Source: Octopus sinensis
Taxonomy: Eukaryota
Reading direction: 5' to 3'
Assembly: GCF_006345805.1 (NCBI RefSeq)
Contig: NC_042998.1
Span: 108,934,001-108,998,000 of the forward strand
Length of the DNA: 64,000 nt
A program made the position numbers and the translations under genes. Of this stretch, positions 50,039-64,000 are shown piece after piece. Every line of letters begins with the position of its first letter. The stretch's first letter is position 1. The notes beneath the pieces were generated by a model, which had not been told where the DNA came from, searched no databases, and was given only the letters and a program-made list of their open reading frames with translations.

Positions 50039-53000
50039 TTAGACGACACGAATAATACAATAAATATATTATTTCATACAAGTCAAACAATAACCATTGT
50101 TCCTGTCTGATTTTAGATAGAGTTATTTCAACTTGAGATATCACCATTGTTTATGAGGCTAGTACCTTCGGGGAAATTTCACGTTGCGTGTTCATTAACT
50201 ATTTAAATTAGATGGCTTCCCATATTTTCATATGTTGTTCGGAACTTTGTATTACTTTTTCTATTGATTGAGACGGTGAATTGTTAGAATTTGTAGAACG
50301 TAGAAAAAATCTTTACTATTCCTGTATGTCCTTTTCTATGTTTTGAGTTCAATTTCCATTCTTCTAACGTTGATAAAAGTACTAGGTCACAAATATTAGG
50401 TCAATATAATCATCTGAAACATCCGTAGATGTTGCCCCAGTGTGTGCACAATCTAATGATCGAAGCAAAAGTTTATGTACAGGAACAGTTTGCTTATGAA
50501 CAATCTCTGGGTGAGTTATTAGAACAGGTACTTTACGAATAATGAAATGGGGAAACTTGTGTTAATGGCGTATATTTCAATATTGTATTTATTATAACAC
50601 CTAGCAATAGTTTCTAATAAATTCAAACTTAATCATTGGAATACAATGAATTTACTCTACACCCGGCAGTGAATAATCTAAAATATCATCATAAATTTGG
50701 AAAAAGTAAGATAGAAATTTTCGCAAGAATTTATTAACCTCATATTTTGTATATTTTATCTACACTTCGTTTCAGTCGCTATGACTTCAGTCATCATTAG
50801 GTATATTCTTGGATATAGTTATTGATATTCTTCGTTAAAGCATGAATTAAATTGTGGAATGCAATCGGAATAGCTGATAAATGCTAATCTTAATAACAAA
50901 AGCTAAATTCAGACATTTATACATTTGGGAAAACACTATTCATCATGTATTCTCCACAAACAAGATATTTACAAACACTAAAGCAACCTCATAATAACAC
51001 AGATATTTACCACAGTAAAAAAAAAAAAGCAGAAAAGAAAATTAGGAGCCATTTTAATATAATTGATGAAACGCCTTCTTAAAAGACAAATCAAATGTAA
51101 AATGTGTAACTTTACAGTACAAGAGGCAGGTATCTAATATCCAACGAACCACTGAAAAATGAATCTTTATACAAAAAACAAGCTAAAGAACTAAAAGGAG
51201 CATGCTGTTAACACACGTATGAACAACACAGTTATATTCAAAAATTAGAAAAACAAATTAGACAAAATAATTTGGAAATATTACATTTTCAATAGCACAT
51301 TTACGTATAAATTAAGATAATAAACGTAAAATTTAAGATAGTAATAATTAATGGGCTGCTCGCAGAACAGCGAGAATGCAAACATTCACATGTGAATACC
51401 TCATCGCTGTTGCTTTCCACTATAGGAGAACGCCTTCTCTCTTTAGGCAACTGTGTGTTGATAACACACGTGGTTCAACGGTTCAACGATGTAAGGGAAT
51501 TTCGAAACACTGCGGTGTTTCAACCTCGTTGTGTGTTTCTCAGTTGAAGCTACCCGACGGCGTATAAAATATTTTCAAATCTTTAATGAAATAAAGGTGC
51601 TTTGCAATACCCAGACGTTTCAAAAGACATTGACCTAATCCTTTATTTTCGAAAGACCATTAAACATTCCGCTTATCTCCAAATATAACAACATTAAATA
51701 TTCATTATCTGAAAATCTGAAAAACACTATTCTTTCTTGTTGTCACTAGATAAAGGGAAACAATTATTTATATTAGATCAATATGAGAAAATAATCGGAA
51801 TGAATTTACATAATCTAATAGATGTAAGTAGGCTGTGAATATCACGATAGAAAATGCCCCAGTAACAAAAAAGCAAGAATCAACAAATAAACAAGAAGCG
51901 ATTTTATCTATTGATACACATTGCAATATATTGCAGAAGCAAATCAATGAATTTACTTTTTCCTATGTTTATTTTTTAAAGAGGGATTGTTTGTTTTCTG
52001 TGCATCAGTTGTTACCATAAGAAATCAACGTTTCTAATTAAGTTTGATTGTGAGGAAAACCAAGTTTTACTATTGTGTATAACATTGTGTAAAATATCGA
52101 TACTTGTTTGTAAGTTGCAGACGATCAGTTGAATACCGATATAATGACGCGCATCCGACCAATTGGGTGCCGTGTCTGAGTAGAAAATAGAGAGAATATT
52201 CTGCTGTGAACGAATACAGCCACCAACCAGCTCAAATCATTATACCTACATATTCTGATCATACATCAAACACTCTCAGTTTACATACTCGACTCGCATG
52301 AATATATATTTTATAGTCTTTTACCTCGTCTTTTTTCGAAATTTTTTCAAACAAAGAATTACAAGGCAAACACACTACCTAATTGATATATATTGTCTAC
52401 AGTAACAATAAGTATTAATGTTAAGTTTTGCTTATGGGAACATGAGGTTAAAAAAATTTAAAAAACAAGAATGAATATTTGAAGAAAATTTAGAAGAATA
52501 TATTTCCACAAATGATATAAATATTTAAAATTTAGGTCGAATTGTTCGATATGATATGATATATGTAAGAATGTAAGTATGTATGCATGTATGCATGCAT
52601 GTATGGATGTATGCATGTATGTGTGCTTATATACATGTATATATGTGTTTATGCATGTATGAAAAACATTGTGCTCTGAAAAGTTAACTAGTTATAAATT
52701 TGGTAGGGAATCCTTTAACAATGAAACAGTCATTTAGTTTCATAGGTGCACTTCATAAATAAGAAAATCGCGAAGTTAAGGGATAGGTGTATATCTCATG
52801 AAGAAAGAAAAATAAAGCAAGAAGTTTTATTAATACAGTTTAGAAGTAAAAAGAAATACCTGGTGTATTATAGAACATTGTTTTCAACAATGCTTTATAT
52901 TCATAAGTTCATTTTAAAGTACCCTATATTATTATAATGACTGCTCATAATGCATGCTGCGTACAAGATTCTAGATGAGAATATATGAGTTAAGAGCAAT

Positions 53001-53597
53001 GGACAAATTAGATTTATCTTCATTTTGATTTTTGTACTTATTTTTCGATGTTCATATGATGTAAGCTGGAGGATTTAATGCAATATATTACTTTTATGTT
53101 CCACTGCTTTGAGGTTTGGCCTATAGAGCCAACTGAGTATAAATATATTTTTTTTATTCCATCTTCTATATAAGATACTTTAAATATTCCAGATTCCGCC
53201 TTACTTAGGGCATATAATAAAATAATACAAGCATGAAGAACTTAAGTACCTTTTGTTATTCAAGAAACCACATTTATAGGTTTTATAGGTTAAAATGAAG
53301 TAGAATTGAACGAAAATATCTGATCCGTATCTGTCGAAGGTATTTTAGTTTACAAGTAAACTGAAGACAGAAGCCGTCCCTGTTGAATATATCAGTCGGT
53401 TGTCTGAAAATCAATATCTGAGAGCTTGAAATATTATCAGAACTGAAAAGAAGAATTAACATGTTCAGATCGTAAAAAGAATGGATTTAATTCATTAAAC
53501 AAGGTAATATACAAAGAAATGAAAGCCATCTTAAACAAGAATATAAAAGTCCCCATACAATTACAACTATACATAGGAAAAATACACTCAGAAACGC

Positions 53598-53661
<64 letters not shown>

Positions 53662-53746
53662 AACAGACATACACACACACACACATATACGTGTGGGTGT
53701 GTGTGTGTGTGTAGACAAATACACACGTACTAAAGAATAAATGTAT

Positions 53747-54926
53747 TCAATAAAATCGCCATTGGCTTCAACCACGGTCTCCAGCCGACTTTGGAATCTC
53801 CTGCAACTCTTCTGGACGGTCTTCTTGTTTAATTTGGTGAATGCTGCCATAATCGTTGCCTTCAGTTCGTATTTAGTGTTACAAAGAGTTTTGTTGATCT
53901 CTCGCTCAGTTGCGCCATACACATAATAATCAAAGGGTTTGCAGTATGTAGAAGTAGGTGACCAGATGTTAGGGATGATGTGGTCGCAGAAATTGTCTGA
54001 CAGCCATGACTGGCTTCTCCTGCTTGTATGGCATAGTGCAGAGTTCTGTTGCAAGACATAGTATCTTCCTGCAGCTACCCTCTTGACCCAGGGACCCAGG
54101 GCGGCACTTGATGTAGGCCTCCAGTCACTTGATTTAGGCCTCCGTGTTGAATCTGAGGCCGTGTGGGAAGATGAATGGAGGCATAACGTCACCATCACTA
54201 ATGATCACTCTAAACATCATGATGCTGATTGGATGTTTAATTTTTATCCTCCTCAGTACATATTCTGGGGACACGGCAAGCCAACGATTGTTCTGTGTAT
54301 TCCCCATCAGATCCTAAGAAAAACCAAAGCATATTCAGTTGGAGGGGATGTTTGAGTTTATTCAAAAGCTTCGTGGCGCGATCTGTCCGTCTGTCTTATT
54401 TTCTTTGATGGCTTGAGATAAACATTGGCCAATTCTCATCTTGTATGAGGAATACCGAATGTCTTCATGCCCTACCTGCCTGATAAGTAACTCAGAAACT
54501 CCCATGTCACTGACGATGTGGACCTGATTCACTTGTAGAGATCGTTGTCAATCAAGACCTTCATCTCGCCAACAAAATCAGGAGTTCTTTTCTGATCAGA
54601 ACGATCAGAGTGAGTTTTCCGAGCAGCCATAACTCCGTAATCACCATTAGATACGCCCAACTCTTTCTGAATGCTCTGCACTGTCCTCAGATTGATGTCC
54701 AAACACTCTGAAATGTACGCATTGGAGCTTCCGGTGCAAATGTCAAGCAGTACAGCAAGTTGTTTCCAAATTTCTGGCAGGGTTAATTGCGTCATGGTAC
54801 TGTTTTTCTCACAGACGGTGCTCAACCGATCCTACTATACTGAGTAGTCGGGAAATTCAAAAACAATAAACGCAAATGCGCGTAATTAAGAATATAAAAT
54901 GGCAACAATTTACCCATCGCACACTG
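53747..54926 (-). mobile_element. Tc1/mariner-superfamily DD37D (maT) transposon, pseudogenised
   Basis: HTH region (ORF 54529..54825). Catalytic end QQNSALCHTS...WSPTSTYCKPFDY has 37 residues between the QQ[D>N] and PFD positions. Ends RFQSRLETVVEANGDFIE. One putative TIR, TA|cagtgtgcgatgggtaaattgttgcc; the partner TIR was not found. Confidence 0.9.
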
Positions 54927-54944
54927 TATATATATTCGTTTATT

Positions 54945-55021
54945 CTACTACTTGTTTCAGTCATTTGACTGCGGCTATACTCTGCTGGAGCGCCGCCTTT
55001 ATACATACATACATACATACA

Positions 55022-55109
<88 letters not shown>

Positions 55110-55140
55110 ACGGGTGTCTCTCAGTTTCCGTCCACCAAAG
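54945..55140 (-). mobile_element. SINE family C, internally deleted
   Basis: cttgtttcagtcatttgactgcggc...ctggagcgccgcct and tctcagtttccgtccacc around a (TA)n tract. Confidence 0.7.
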
Positions 55141-58100
55141 TTTTTTCTTCAGATCTGCCACTACCTACCTAGCCTTCACAAAAATAAAAGAGAGATATAG
55201 GCGGGGAAAAAAGACTATGGGAATGTTTAAAATAAAACATTTCATTAAAATTTTTACATAATTTAATTATTTTTCTTACTTTATTCTAAGTTGAAAAAGT
55301 CGGAAAGCCTGAAACCAGTACTAAAATGTTCATGATAAAATCACTTTGGCATTTTCTACCTTGTCTTATTTTCATTAAACATATCAACACTTGTGTTACT
55401 TCTCAACCATATGTATTCATCTATCTATCATGCTTAATTCATTGAGACAAGCAAAATTTACTAGTGTATGAGTCCAGAGATATTTCTTGTGGATACGATA
55501 TACTTAAAAACACGATATGTATAAATATGAGTGAGACGAAACTTGTCTCAGCAGCGATGAATGAGGATGTTAGAGGCATTTATACCTTGTTGGGAATTAT
55601 CAATAACGTTTACTCACAATCAGTTTGATTAGACGAAATCTCACATCACAGATATAGACAAAAATAGTGAAAGACAATCACTAATGTTGCAATTGGCGCC
55701 CGACTTTTTAAAAATCTGTTACATCAAGAGAAACAGATTTACAAGCTCTGTAGTATCAACAGGCAACAGCATTCTCAATTCTTTATTTTTTTTGTTTATC
55801 GTTTATAAATGTTCTCTTTTTATAACATGTGGATAGCTGTGCTAACTATTGGATGTAAGCCCTATTCAAAGACAGTTGTTTAACAACTGGTGAACAAATG
55901 GGATAGCTGTATAACTTACAGACTGGAATTAAAAATGCAGGAAGCAGTTTAACATGTATAATAGTTTAACATCTTATAATTTTGTATTGTCTATCATGCT
56001 TAGCTGTTATAGAGGTATACTATTAAATTTTGTTTATATAATGCTAAGTCATTTGTACTTATAGCAAGCTATCATTAGCTAATTAAGTTATGCACATGAA
56101 AAGAATTACTTAAACTCATTAAAATTTAATCCGTTGCTATATTAAAATTAGATTCCCTATTCTCCACTCGAAAATTATGCTATATTATTTTCGTTAAATA
56201 CCTGATAAAAAAGTTTTTTAGTAGAATTTTTATTTGGGTGTTTCTAATTGATTGTCTTATTGTTGCGATTTAAAAGTTGTACAGGTGTTTTTGTTTTTTG
56301 CAATTTAGAATATTTTCGTCACATTTCTTTAATTAAAATTTATAGATGTAATCTTGTATAAATCACTACTGCCTTGAGGCATATTCAATAACAAATTCAC
56401 TTCACTTGCCTCTTAAACCTATAAGATGGTCTCATTAATACCAGCGATTAGACATAATTTTCTTATATTTAATTTTGGTTCTCTTCCCAAAATACTGATA
56501 AGATTTATTTTTAATTTAAAACCAAAGACAATAACTTTTAAAATTAATTTCTTTCACAAAACAAAAAAGAAACAGACAGAAAAAAGTTTAAATTATTCTC
56601 AATCTTTAGTTATTTAGAGTTGAAGATATCTGGAAAAGCCATGTGCTTCTGAATAATTAATATTAGGATATCTCTAAAAGTAAACAATAGTTTTTAGATT
56701 AAAAGGAAATTAATGTACACATAAGTTGACAAATTGCTTTTAATCAAAAGTCAGTTTCCCAACGCTCAGCATGTATTGGGATATAAATATATATATAATG
56801 TGGTCGGATGCCATATAACTGTATGCACGTGTATATGTGTGTGTGTTTCACGTATAAAAGATATTGTAATGTGATGCAGAGGACAATAGCGAATATTACC
56901 TCATAATGTGATAGTAACACTATAAATACGATATATTGACAGGTAGAGTGGTTGGTATTTGGCTCAACGCCAAATTTAACCCAGTAGACTTGTGATCAAT
57001 AGCATTCCTGGCATGACCGTGTCATATTTTTAATAGCTAAGACGTTATGTAATCTGCATTCTTTTCTGAGAGCTGAGTATGATTAGGGGCACGTTTAGCT
57101 GCTATTACTAGCCCATCAAGCACCACATAGAAGCTCTATCGCTGGCTCTCACGAGTAGGGTAGGTCAGTGTGAGTTTAGGCACTGTCTAAATAAATAGTC
57201 CCAGCTTTAAGAAATATATTTAATTGCATTGGTGGGAAGCATAGAGTTTTAAACATTGAATAGCTGTTCGTATTTACAGTGGTCCTTCAAAACCTTTCAG
57301 GAGACAGAATTTAACTTCTTTTTACGCAGACAGATTACAATAAGAACGGAGAAGATAAAGCATGGAACTTGATAATACAGTTTTGCGTAACTAGAGAAGG
57401 AATTCTTGTTGCTCTTGCAAACTTACTGGATTGATCAAAAGTATATTTGTATATCTTAGATGGATCTCATGCTATATGGTCCAAACATAATACTAAAATT
57501 CAACGGCTGTATAACTACCGTTGAATTCTAATTCGAAAAAGTGATCCTGAGTGTAGTTGCCCGATATGTAAGAAGAGCAGCTATAGCTCGCCCTCTCAAA
57601 TCAAATTCTACCACCTCAAAACCTTGGGATACTTTTGCATACGTGCCTTTTATCGTGCGTTTGATCAGACAGACCAGGATCAAAAGCACAACCGAACTAG
57701 AACATGTTTAAACTACATATGATGGCAAATATGTTAAATTATTATAAACTTAGGTTAATTGAAGGGTTCAAATTAAAGCATACTACATTCAGCCTTCACT
57801 GAACATTTTCCATCTATTGATCTATATTACAATTCACTAGTAGTTACATTCACAGGAATCTATATCTTTTTTTGGCTTTGTTAATAGTTACTTCGGGTGG
57901 ACGCGGTTTCAAACAAACTTTTCGTCAGGTGTATGCTTAGAATATTTAATGTCAAAAGTATACAAAATTTGATATCATCTTGTATTCAACATTCCTTGAC
58001 AAACATAAGTTAAAGAGTAAAGTTAAACAAAAACCTTAAATAAAAGCAAATACAAAGCAATGTTTTGGAGAAGTATTGTTTTGGTAACTACTCTCGCAGA

Positions 58101-58334
58101 GATACATATATACTTAGATTTGTATGTATAAATTTATTAATTCTTGCTTATTTACCTGAGTCTTTATGTATATGTTTTCAACAGTGTTTTCCAATTATCT
58201 TAGTGTTTCCTATACAAAATGGTGGCGGTTTCTAAAATGAAACAAAACTCTATCATTAGAATCTAGACAACAATAAAGACACGATCTTTAGAAACCCCGT
58301 GCATATTTTTATACTGCTTAGAGATTGCATATAT

Positions 58335-58690
58335 ATATATATATATATATATAAGGGATAAAGACCCCCCTCGGTCACGAATGACCATGGGATTGCAGCA
58401 AGAAATTTCCCCTCCGAGGCACAAGTCCGAGCAAGGTTGAAAGTGGAAGACTAGCAGTTGCCCATGCCCGTCTCCCCACTCCACGCCACCGATATTGTCC
58501 AAGGGAATGGCAAAGACCCATACAGTCTGGCTACAGTGACGCCGAAACTCATTTCTAGAGCTGAGTGAACTGGGGCAAAGTGAAATACAGTGTCTTGCTC
58601 AAGAACACAATAAACAGCCCAGTCTGGGAATCAGGCGTACAACGTCAAGGCTGCAAGCCCGATGCTCTAACCACTGTGCCATGCGCCTTC
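58335..58690 (-). mobile_element. tRNA-derived SINE (family-B head, different tail)
   Basis: Minus strand begins ggcgcatggcacagtggttagagcatcggg, then ttgagcaagacactgtatttcac and cactcagctc. Confidence 0.78.
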
Positions 58691-58924
58691 ACATACACAC
58701 GCGCGCGCGCGCACACACTTTAGTTATCCATATGTTATGCGTTGCCAATATAGTACGCAATTTTGATAATACTACGCGCAAGAAGTTAAAAGAGTAAGAA
58801 CTTATTGCCTACGATTTTTATTTCAATCAATATCATTGCATTGCCCACTCTTATTTGACTGCTAATCAGAATCACTTGTCATCAATTGATTATATATATT
58901 TGTTTCCTCATCATCATTTTCTTC

Positions 58925-58973
58925 TTGTCACATATCCTCCTCCTCCTCATCATCATCCGCATCATCTTCATCC

Positions 58974-59030
<57 letters not shown>
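58925..59030. repeat. (CAT)n/(CCT)n microsatellite
   Basis: Direct reading. Confidence 0.93.
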
Positions 59031-59031
<1 letters not shown>

Positions 59032-60099
59032 CTAATCCGTTACTTATACGAATATTTTGATGTTGAAATTTCGCGTTAACATGTGAAAATCAATAAAGTC
59101 CTATGCTTCCTTTATCCATGAGACAATTTGTTGCCTGAAGCAGTAAACTCAGAGTCGTGATTTGACATGTATTCAAGATACAATGTTTTCGATGTATAGC
59201 TAAAGAGTTTATTGATATAGACGTCAAGTGCCTGGGAAACGCTTGTTAGCTCACCAGAAATGACAAGTTTTTTATTATATTGTTACAGATCATTTGTATA
59301 TTTTCCGAAAGATTTTCAAAAAAAGAGTCCAATAGAAGCATAGATTTCGGTGTTAGTAAGTTAACAGCACGACAATTCTAAGCCAAATGTATCCACTCCT
59401 TAATTGTATTAATTTACATCCAGCCCATTTTCATTAGCATGAACAATGCCATTATTTTTCAAAGTTAAACCATTTAGGATGTTTTACGTTAAATGTGACA
59501 CAAAGTAGAAAAAAAAAACATTAGCAGTTATACCCAGCATTAATGTATAATCGCTATCTTTCATTCCCTACAGTACGCATATATGAAGTTTTAGTATCAG
59601 CTAGCATTTAAAAATACACTGTCGTTTTCGGCATTTTCCATTCGATAGACTAAATACAGGTTTTTCTGTCTTAGTAGATGATAAATTATTTGAATCGAAT
59701 GCAACTTTCTGCATAGCCTGTATGTATTCGTTGAACTAGCAATTCTACAACTTAGACTGATAGAATGTTAGTCTTTAAAATGTGTAAGCCAATTACGACT
59801 TGCCTTGAACTGAGAATTAGGAGTCAATCTTTGCTTCAATTTTAAAGATTGAATACACATAATTTCACCTGAAACAGAACAACTGCATTCTGCACTTGAA
59901 TGATAAAAAACTGATTTTAGTTTTGATTTCAAACTGAGGAAAATTAAGTTTTTTTATCTTTTAAAAGCTTTTCGGTTTCACAATGTAGTGCTTAATTTTC
60001 CCCTTTCTTTAGGCAACAAATGAATAGTAGCTGCTCCACAATTTCTTGGTCCTTCAGTCACTTTTAGTATTTGAGGATCTTCTCCGAAGAGCGAGTATG

Positions 60100-61020
60100 C
60101 TTCAAACCATCCATACTAGCGATAATATTGTGGTGATATGTGTACAATTATGGCATTATTATAGAGAAAACGCGAATGTAACGCAATTTCCGTACTTTCA
60201 AACCGAACGCTTAATCTTGAAAGGATGTTCAGAAGGAGCGGCAGTGGCCAGCGAAACAATTGTTTGTCATAACACTTTTAATTTCACTTTCTGCCTGCAG
60301 TGCGGCTATAACAATCTCTTCTAGTGGTTCCATATTTTTTTTAATCAATCTCGAAAGGCAGTCCGCATGACCGATTTTTTTTTATGGAATGTATTGCATC
60401 TTGAAATTATAATTTAGTAATATTACACTCCAACGTTGCAGGCGGATCGCAGTATGAGTCGATAACCCTTTTTTAGACATATAAATCAACAGAAAAGGTC
60501 TATGGTCTGTTTGCAATAGAAAACTTCTGCCATGAAGAAACCTGTGAAATTTTTTACTCCAAAAATAATTGCTAGGACCTCCTTTTCAATTTTACTATAT
60601 CTCTTCTCTGTCGTTATTAGTGAGCGCGAAACATGAACCACTGTTTTGTACATCCGTCTTCGTATTTATGAAGTAGAATTGCATCTAATCCGTGCTTGGA
60701 AGCATCAGACGCTACGACGATGTCCGTTTCGGGATCGTAATGTGTAAACGACAGGTCTGAGATTAGAATTTTTGATATTTATTCAAAAGTGTTCTGGCAT
60801 TTAGTGGACCAATTACACTTTACTCCTCTTTCTAATAAGTCGTTCAGTGGAGCTCTTAATTTGCGCATATTGGGAATGTAGCTTTGATAATAGTGGGCCA
60901 ACCCCCAAAATGCTTGCAAAGTTGGAATATTTATCGGCGCTGACATATTCCTTAGTGCCCTCGACGGGTCAGGACGTCTACCACTTTTATTAATTATTTG
61001 CCCTAAATACTTAATTTGAA
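60100..61020 (-). mobile_element. Ty3/gypsy LTR retrotransposon pol fragment (RT end + RNase H), pseudogenised
   Basis: IKYLGQII...RPDP, LQAFWGLAHYY..YIPN, LRAPLNDLL, THYDPETDIVVASDASKHG, EKRYSKIEKEVLAIIFGVKKFH..LHGRSFLLQTDHRP, RLQRW, GHADCLSRL. Confidence 0.92.
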
Positions 61021-61211
61021 TCCTGGAAGTAAGTAATGTTTTAGTGTTTGTTCTTTGGAAATGGTTTTATATAAACATGACTAATGCATTTATAACAGAT
61101 AATTTTCTAATTTGTGAAACAGCGTTTAAGATAAGTACAGTCCCGTTATTTCTATTTGCTGAGTTCGGTTGCTAAGTTCTTATTGTTAAGTTCGGTGAAG
61201 AGGAAAAAAAA

Positions 61212-61249
61212 AACTAGCGTTTCGGGCTCTGAGACCCTTCGTCGGAGTT
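61212..61249 (-). ncRNA. Minimal hammerhead-ribozyme-like motif (variant core)
   Basis: Minus strand reads aact CCGACGA a ggg tctcagag ccc GAAAC GCT agtt. Confidence 0.4.
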
Positions 61250-62899
61250 GAGTATTCATATAATTATTTGAATGTAATGTTTATTTTCTTCTATCCACGG
61301 TGGCCAAACTTATTAACACTCTGCATACTTATCTGGAATTATTATTGTCGAATATATGATCAGTTTTCGTTTTTTTCATTATCGTTACTACTTTTCTTCA
61401 TTTACATCGCTTAGAGTTGGTTTATAAATATTATAATTCACTTTGAGAGTCATTTTAAAAGCCTTAATCACTATATTTCTTATAAAAATACAATGAAAGC
61501 CATTCCACTTTATTCTTTATAAGTTCAAACGAAATTTATGGAACAGCGTTTAAGTTAGCGAAAAATGTGTGTTCGGAGGTACATTACCATCATTTCTTAT
61601 TGCTAATAGAATTTTGAGCGCACACACATATAACGGAAAAGCACGTATGTCCGCTTAGTAAGCAGTGGCAAGTAAAACAAAAGTATGTTGCTGCTGAACA
61701 ACACACACACAAGGAATTTATTTTCAACGGAGTTTAGGCAGAGCCTACTCCATTCTGGCCCCCTAATTGTGAAGCCTGAACTGGTAGACTAAGGGATGCA
61801 TGCTAGGTAGGTATATAACGTTCATCTCACTTACTGTCGCAGTTCACATCATATGTGAAGTCCACCTTGTTGAAGTTTGACTAATAATATCACATATACG
61901 TCTAAGCGGATCGCGGGCACAAACAGGGACACACAATATATGTCAGCTCACTCTCTTGCATCAAACCTATTGCTATGGCTGAGATTTTCAACGGATTTAT
62001 TCCTACTCTTCAAGTTCCTATGAAGTACTCTTTCAGAAATTTTCCACGATAATAGCAATCTACCTATCTATCTACTCTGTCTGTAAAGATAATGATGAAC
62101 TTTTATGCTATGAATTGCTATGTTTTCTTAAAGCCATCATCATTACCCATTCATTTGTTTTCGTTCGTGACCATAGAATTAAAATCACTGTTTTAATTTA
62201 TATACTGAAATCGTTTAAGCTCATGATGCCATATAAATTACAATCTATAAGTTCCACAATGTAGGAAGTCTACTTCATTTAAACTTTTATATTATGCAAG
62301 GATGTTTTCTTTTTAAATAGTTACTTCTGAAATTCATGTTGGTTAATTTCCAAAGAAACAGCTTGGCTTTGTTTAACGCTGCTGAATAGTTTTTATTTCC
62401 ATCGGAAACATTCTAAATGGAATATTTTGTAAGATATTATGGCAGATGTTTCATCACAAAAGCTTCATTAGTGATTGAAGGCAATATTAATGATAGTGCA
62501 TTATAGAGTCGCGAAGAAGTGGATCGTTAGAATTAACATAAATTTGATATGCAAGAAATCCAGAAGAAATATGTAATCTATCCTAAAGATTTCTTAATTA
62601 TAACCTACCGGTAATCATTATTTTTCTTTCTTGAAAATTTTATTGCTGAAGTATATCAACCAACCTCCTGATATATTTCTGATCAAGTAATGCATCACTA
62701 CCGTATTGTTCACATTTATTTTCTAAACTGTCTTGAGAAAGCTGAGAGAGAGAGAGAGAGATGTATTATTTCCTTGCATATAACATGTGCAATTGAAATG
62801 TTAAGTACTTGTGACTTTTCATTAGATTCTTTTATTTGGTTGGTTTTCTAATGCATACCTTCGTGAACAATTATTTCACGAGTGTTCCAAATGGTGAAT

Positions 62900-63220
62900 T
62901 AGTGGTTCACTGCACACTACGATGACTAACATGGATACTGTTGTAACCGGTTGCTCACTATATAATTCTCCAACTAACGTTTCTCTTTATACATTTATAA
63001 CCAATGTTTCGCTATACAGCACTACAACAAACGTTTCACAGTAGACCAGTATAACTAATGCTTGACTGCAGACCACTTCAACAAATACTTTGCTGTATAC
63101 CACTGCAGCTAATTGTTCACTACAGCCCTATATAATCAATGGTTCACAATACAGCAACTGGTTCACTGTAGATCACTACAGCTACTACTACTACTACAAC
63201 AAACGCTTCACTGTTATCTC
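62900..63220. repeat. Degenerate ~27-bp minisatellite
   Basis: Recurrent units related to actacaacaaacgtttcactgtagacc. Confidence 0.6.
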
Positions 63221-64000
63221 TACATAATCTCTGCAATCAGTAGTTCGTAATATAACCTACTTCCCAAACTATAATGCTGCAATATTTCTTTCTAATTTGA
63301 ACCTAGTTCGAATAATTACATCAATGATTAGTAAGATCTTTTAATACTTAAAAAACGTTAAACTTTCAGTTAAACAAAACTTGTAGACTACGTAAACTAT
63401 ACACTGAAATAACTAGCGATAATTTCGGTACAGTTTTGTTTAATGTATTTTAAAATCAATTACTAGAATAAGGGTTGTTAGGTAAGTGAAAATTAGTCTT
63501 TAACGTATAAACTTCGTTTAATTATTACAATACAGATCGAACATTTGAAACGTTATAAAAATACAACGGCTAATTTCCAGAGGCTAGGTTCGTCATAGCG
63601 TCCACTGTTTTAATTGAAAATTTTACTCAATTATATTTCGAAATAAAACTTTAAAACGATTATTCTGACACGAAACAATAATTTATAGTGACGATACTTC
63701 CTTTTTCATTGGTGTAATACTATCGTCATGATGTATGTATTTTTTTATCTGCTTAACATATGAAAAGGAGTAGCATACTGATTGGCATAAAGTCACTCAC
63801 TGACACGTTCTAGCCTGTTGTCCATAGGCAAATTATCTCTTCATTTGTCTTTACTATTGTAGCTACATTTCTTCAGGTCTGGCTGGGATCATATCACATC
63901 CTCTCAAACATTTTCATTCAGCTCGTCCCTCTCTCCAGAGCTTCGACTCTTGAGAATTCTCTCCAGTTTCATATTTTCCTTGCTGTTGTTGGCTTACAAA

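Noticed and set aside
63840-64000. Purine-rich, coding-like minus strand at the window end
   Set aside because: Stops in all frames; at most an unassignable LINE scrap.

Overview
AT-rich, microsatellite-dense eukaryotic non-coding DNA. The repeat families resemble a coleoid cephalopod (Octopus-like) genome; this is inference and needs a database check. No intact host gene, rRNA, genuine tRNA gene or CRISPR array is supported, and most ORFs in the supplied track are translations of simple repeats. The window is a mosaic of decayed mobile elements: three Naiad-type Penelope-like retroelement (PLE) remnants, a 7.7-kb cluster of R4/Dong-type retrotransposon pieces plus a ~550-bp non-coding element all inserted into (AAT)n, two RTE LINEs (one ending in three C2H2 zinc fingers), a Helitron 3' end, a DD37D (maT) transposon, a Ty3/gypsy RT-RNase H fragment, a Tigger-like MITE and about 25 tRNA-derived SINE copies. 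Structure left unexplained includes five long fold-back palindromes at 23.9-33.8 kb, several minimal hammerhead-ribozyme-like motifs with variant cores, a candidate recursive splice site at 32146/32147, and a dense hairpin cluster at 51.35-51.55 kb. Boundaries of degenerate elements are approximate.
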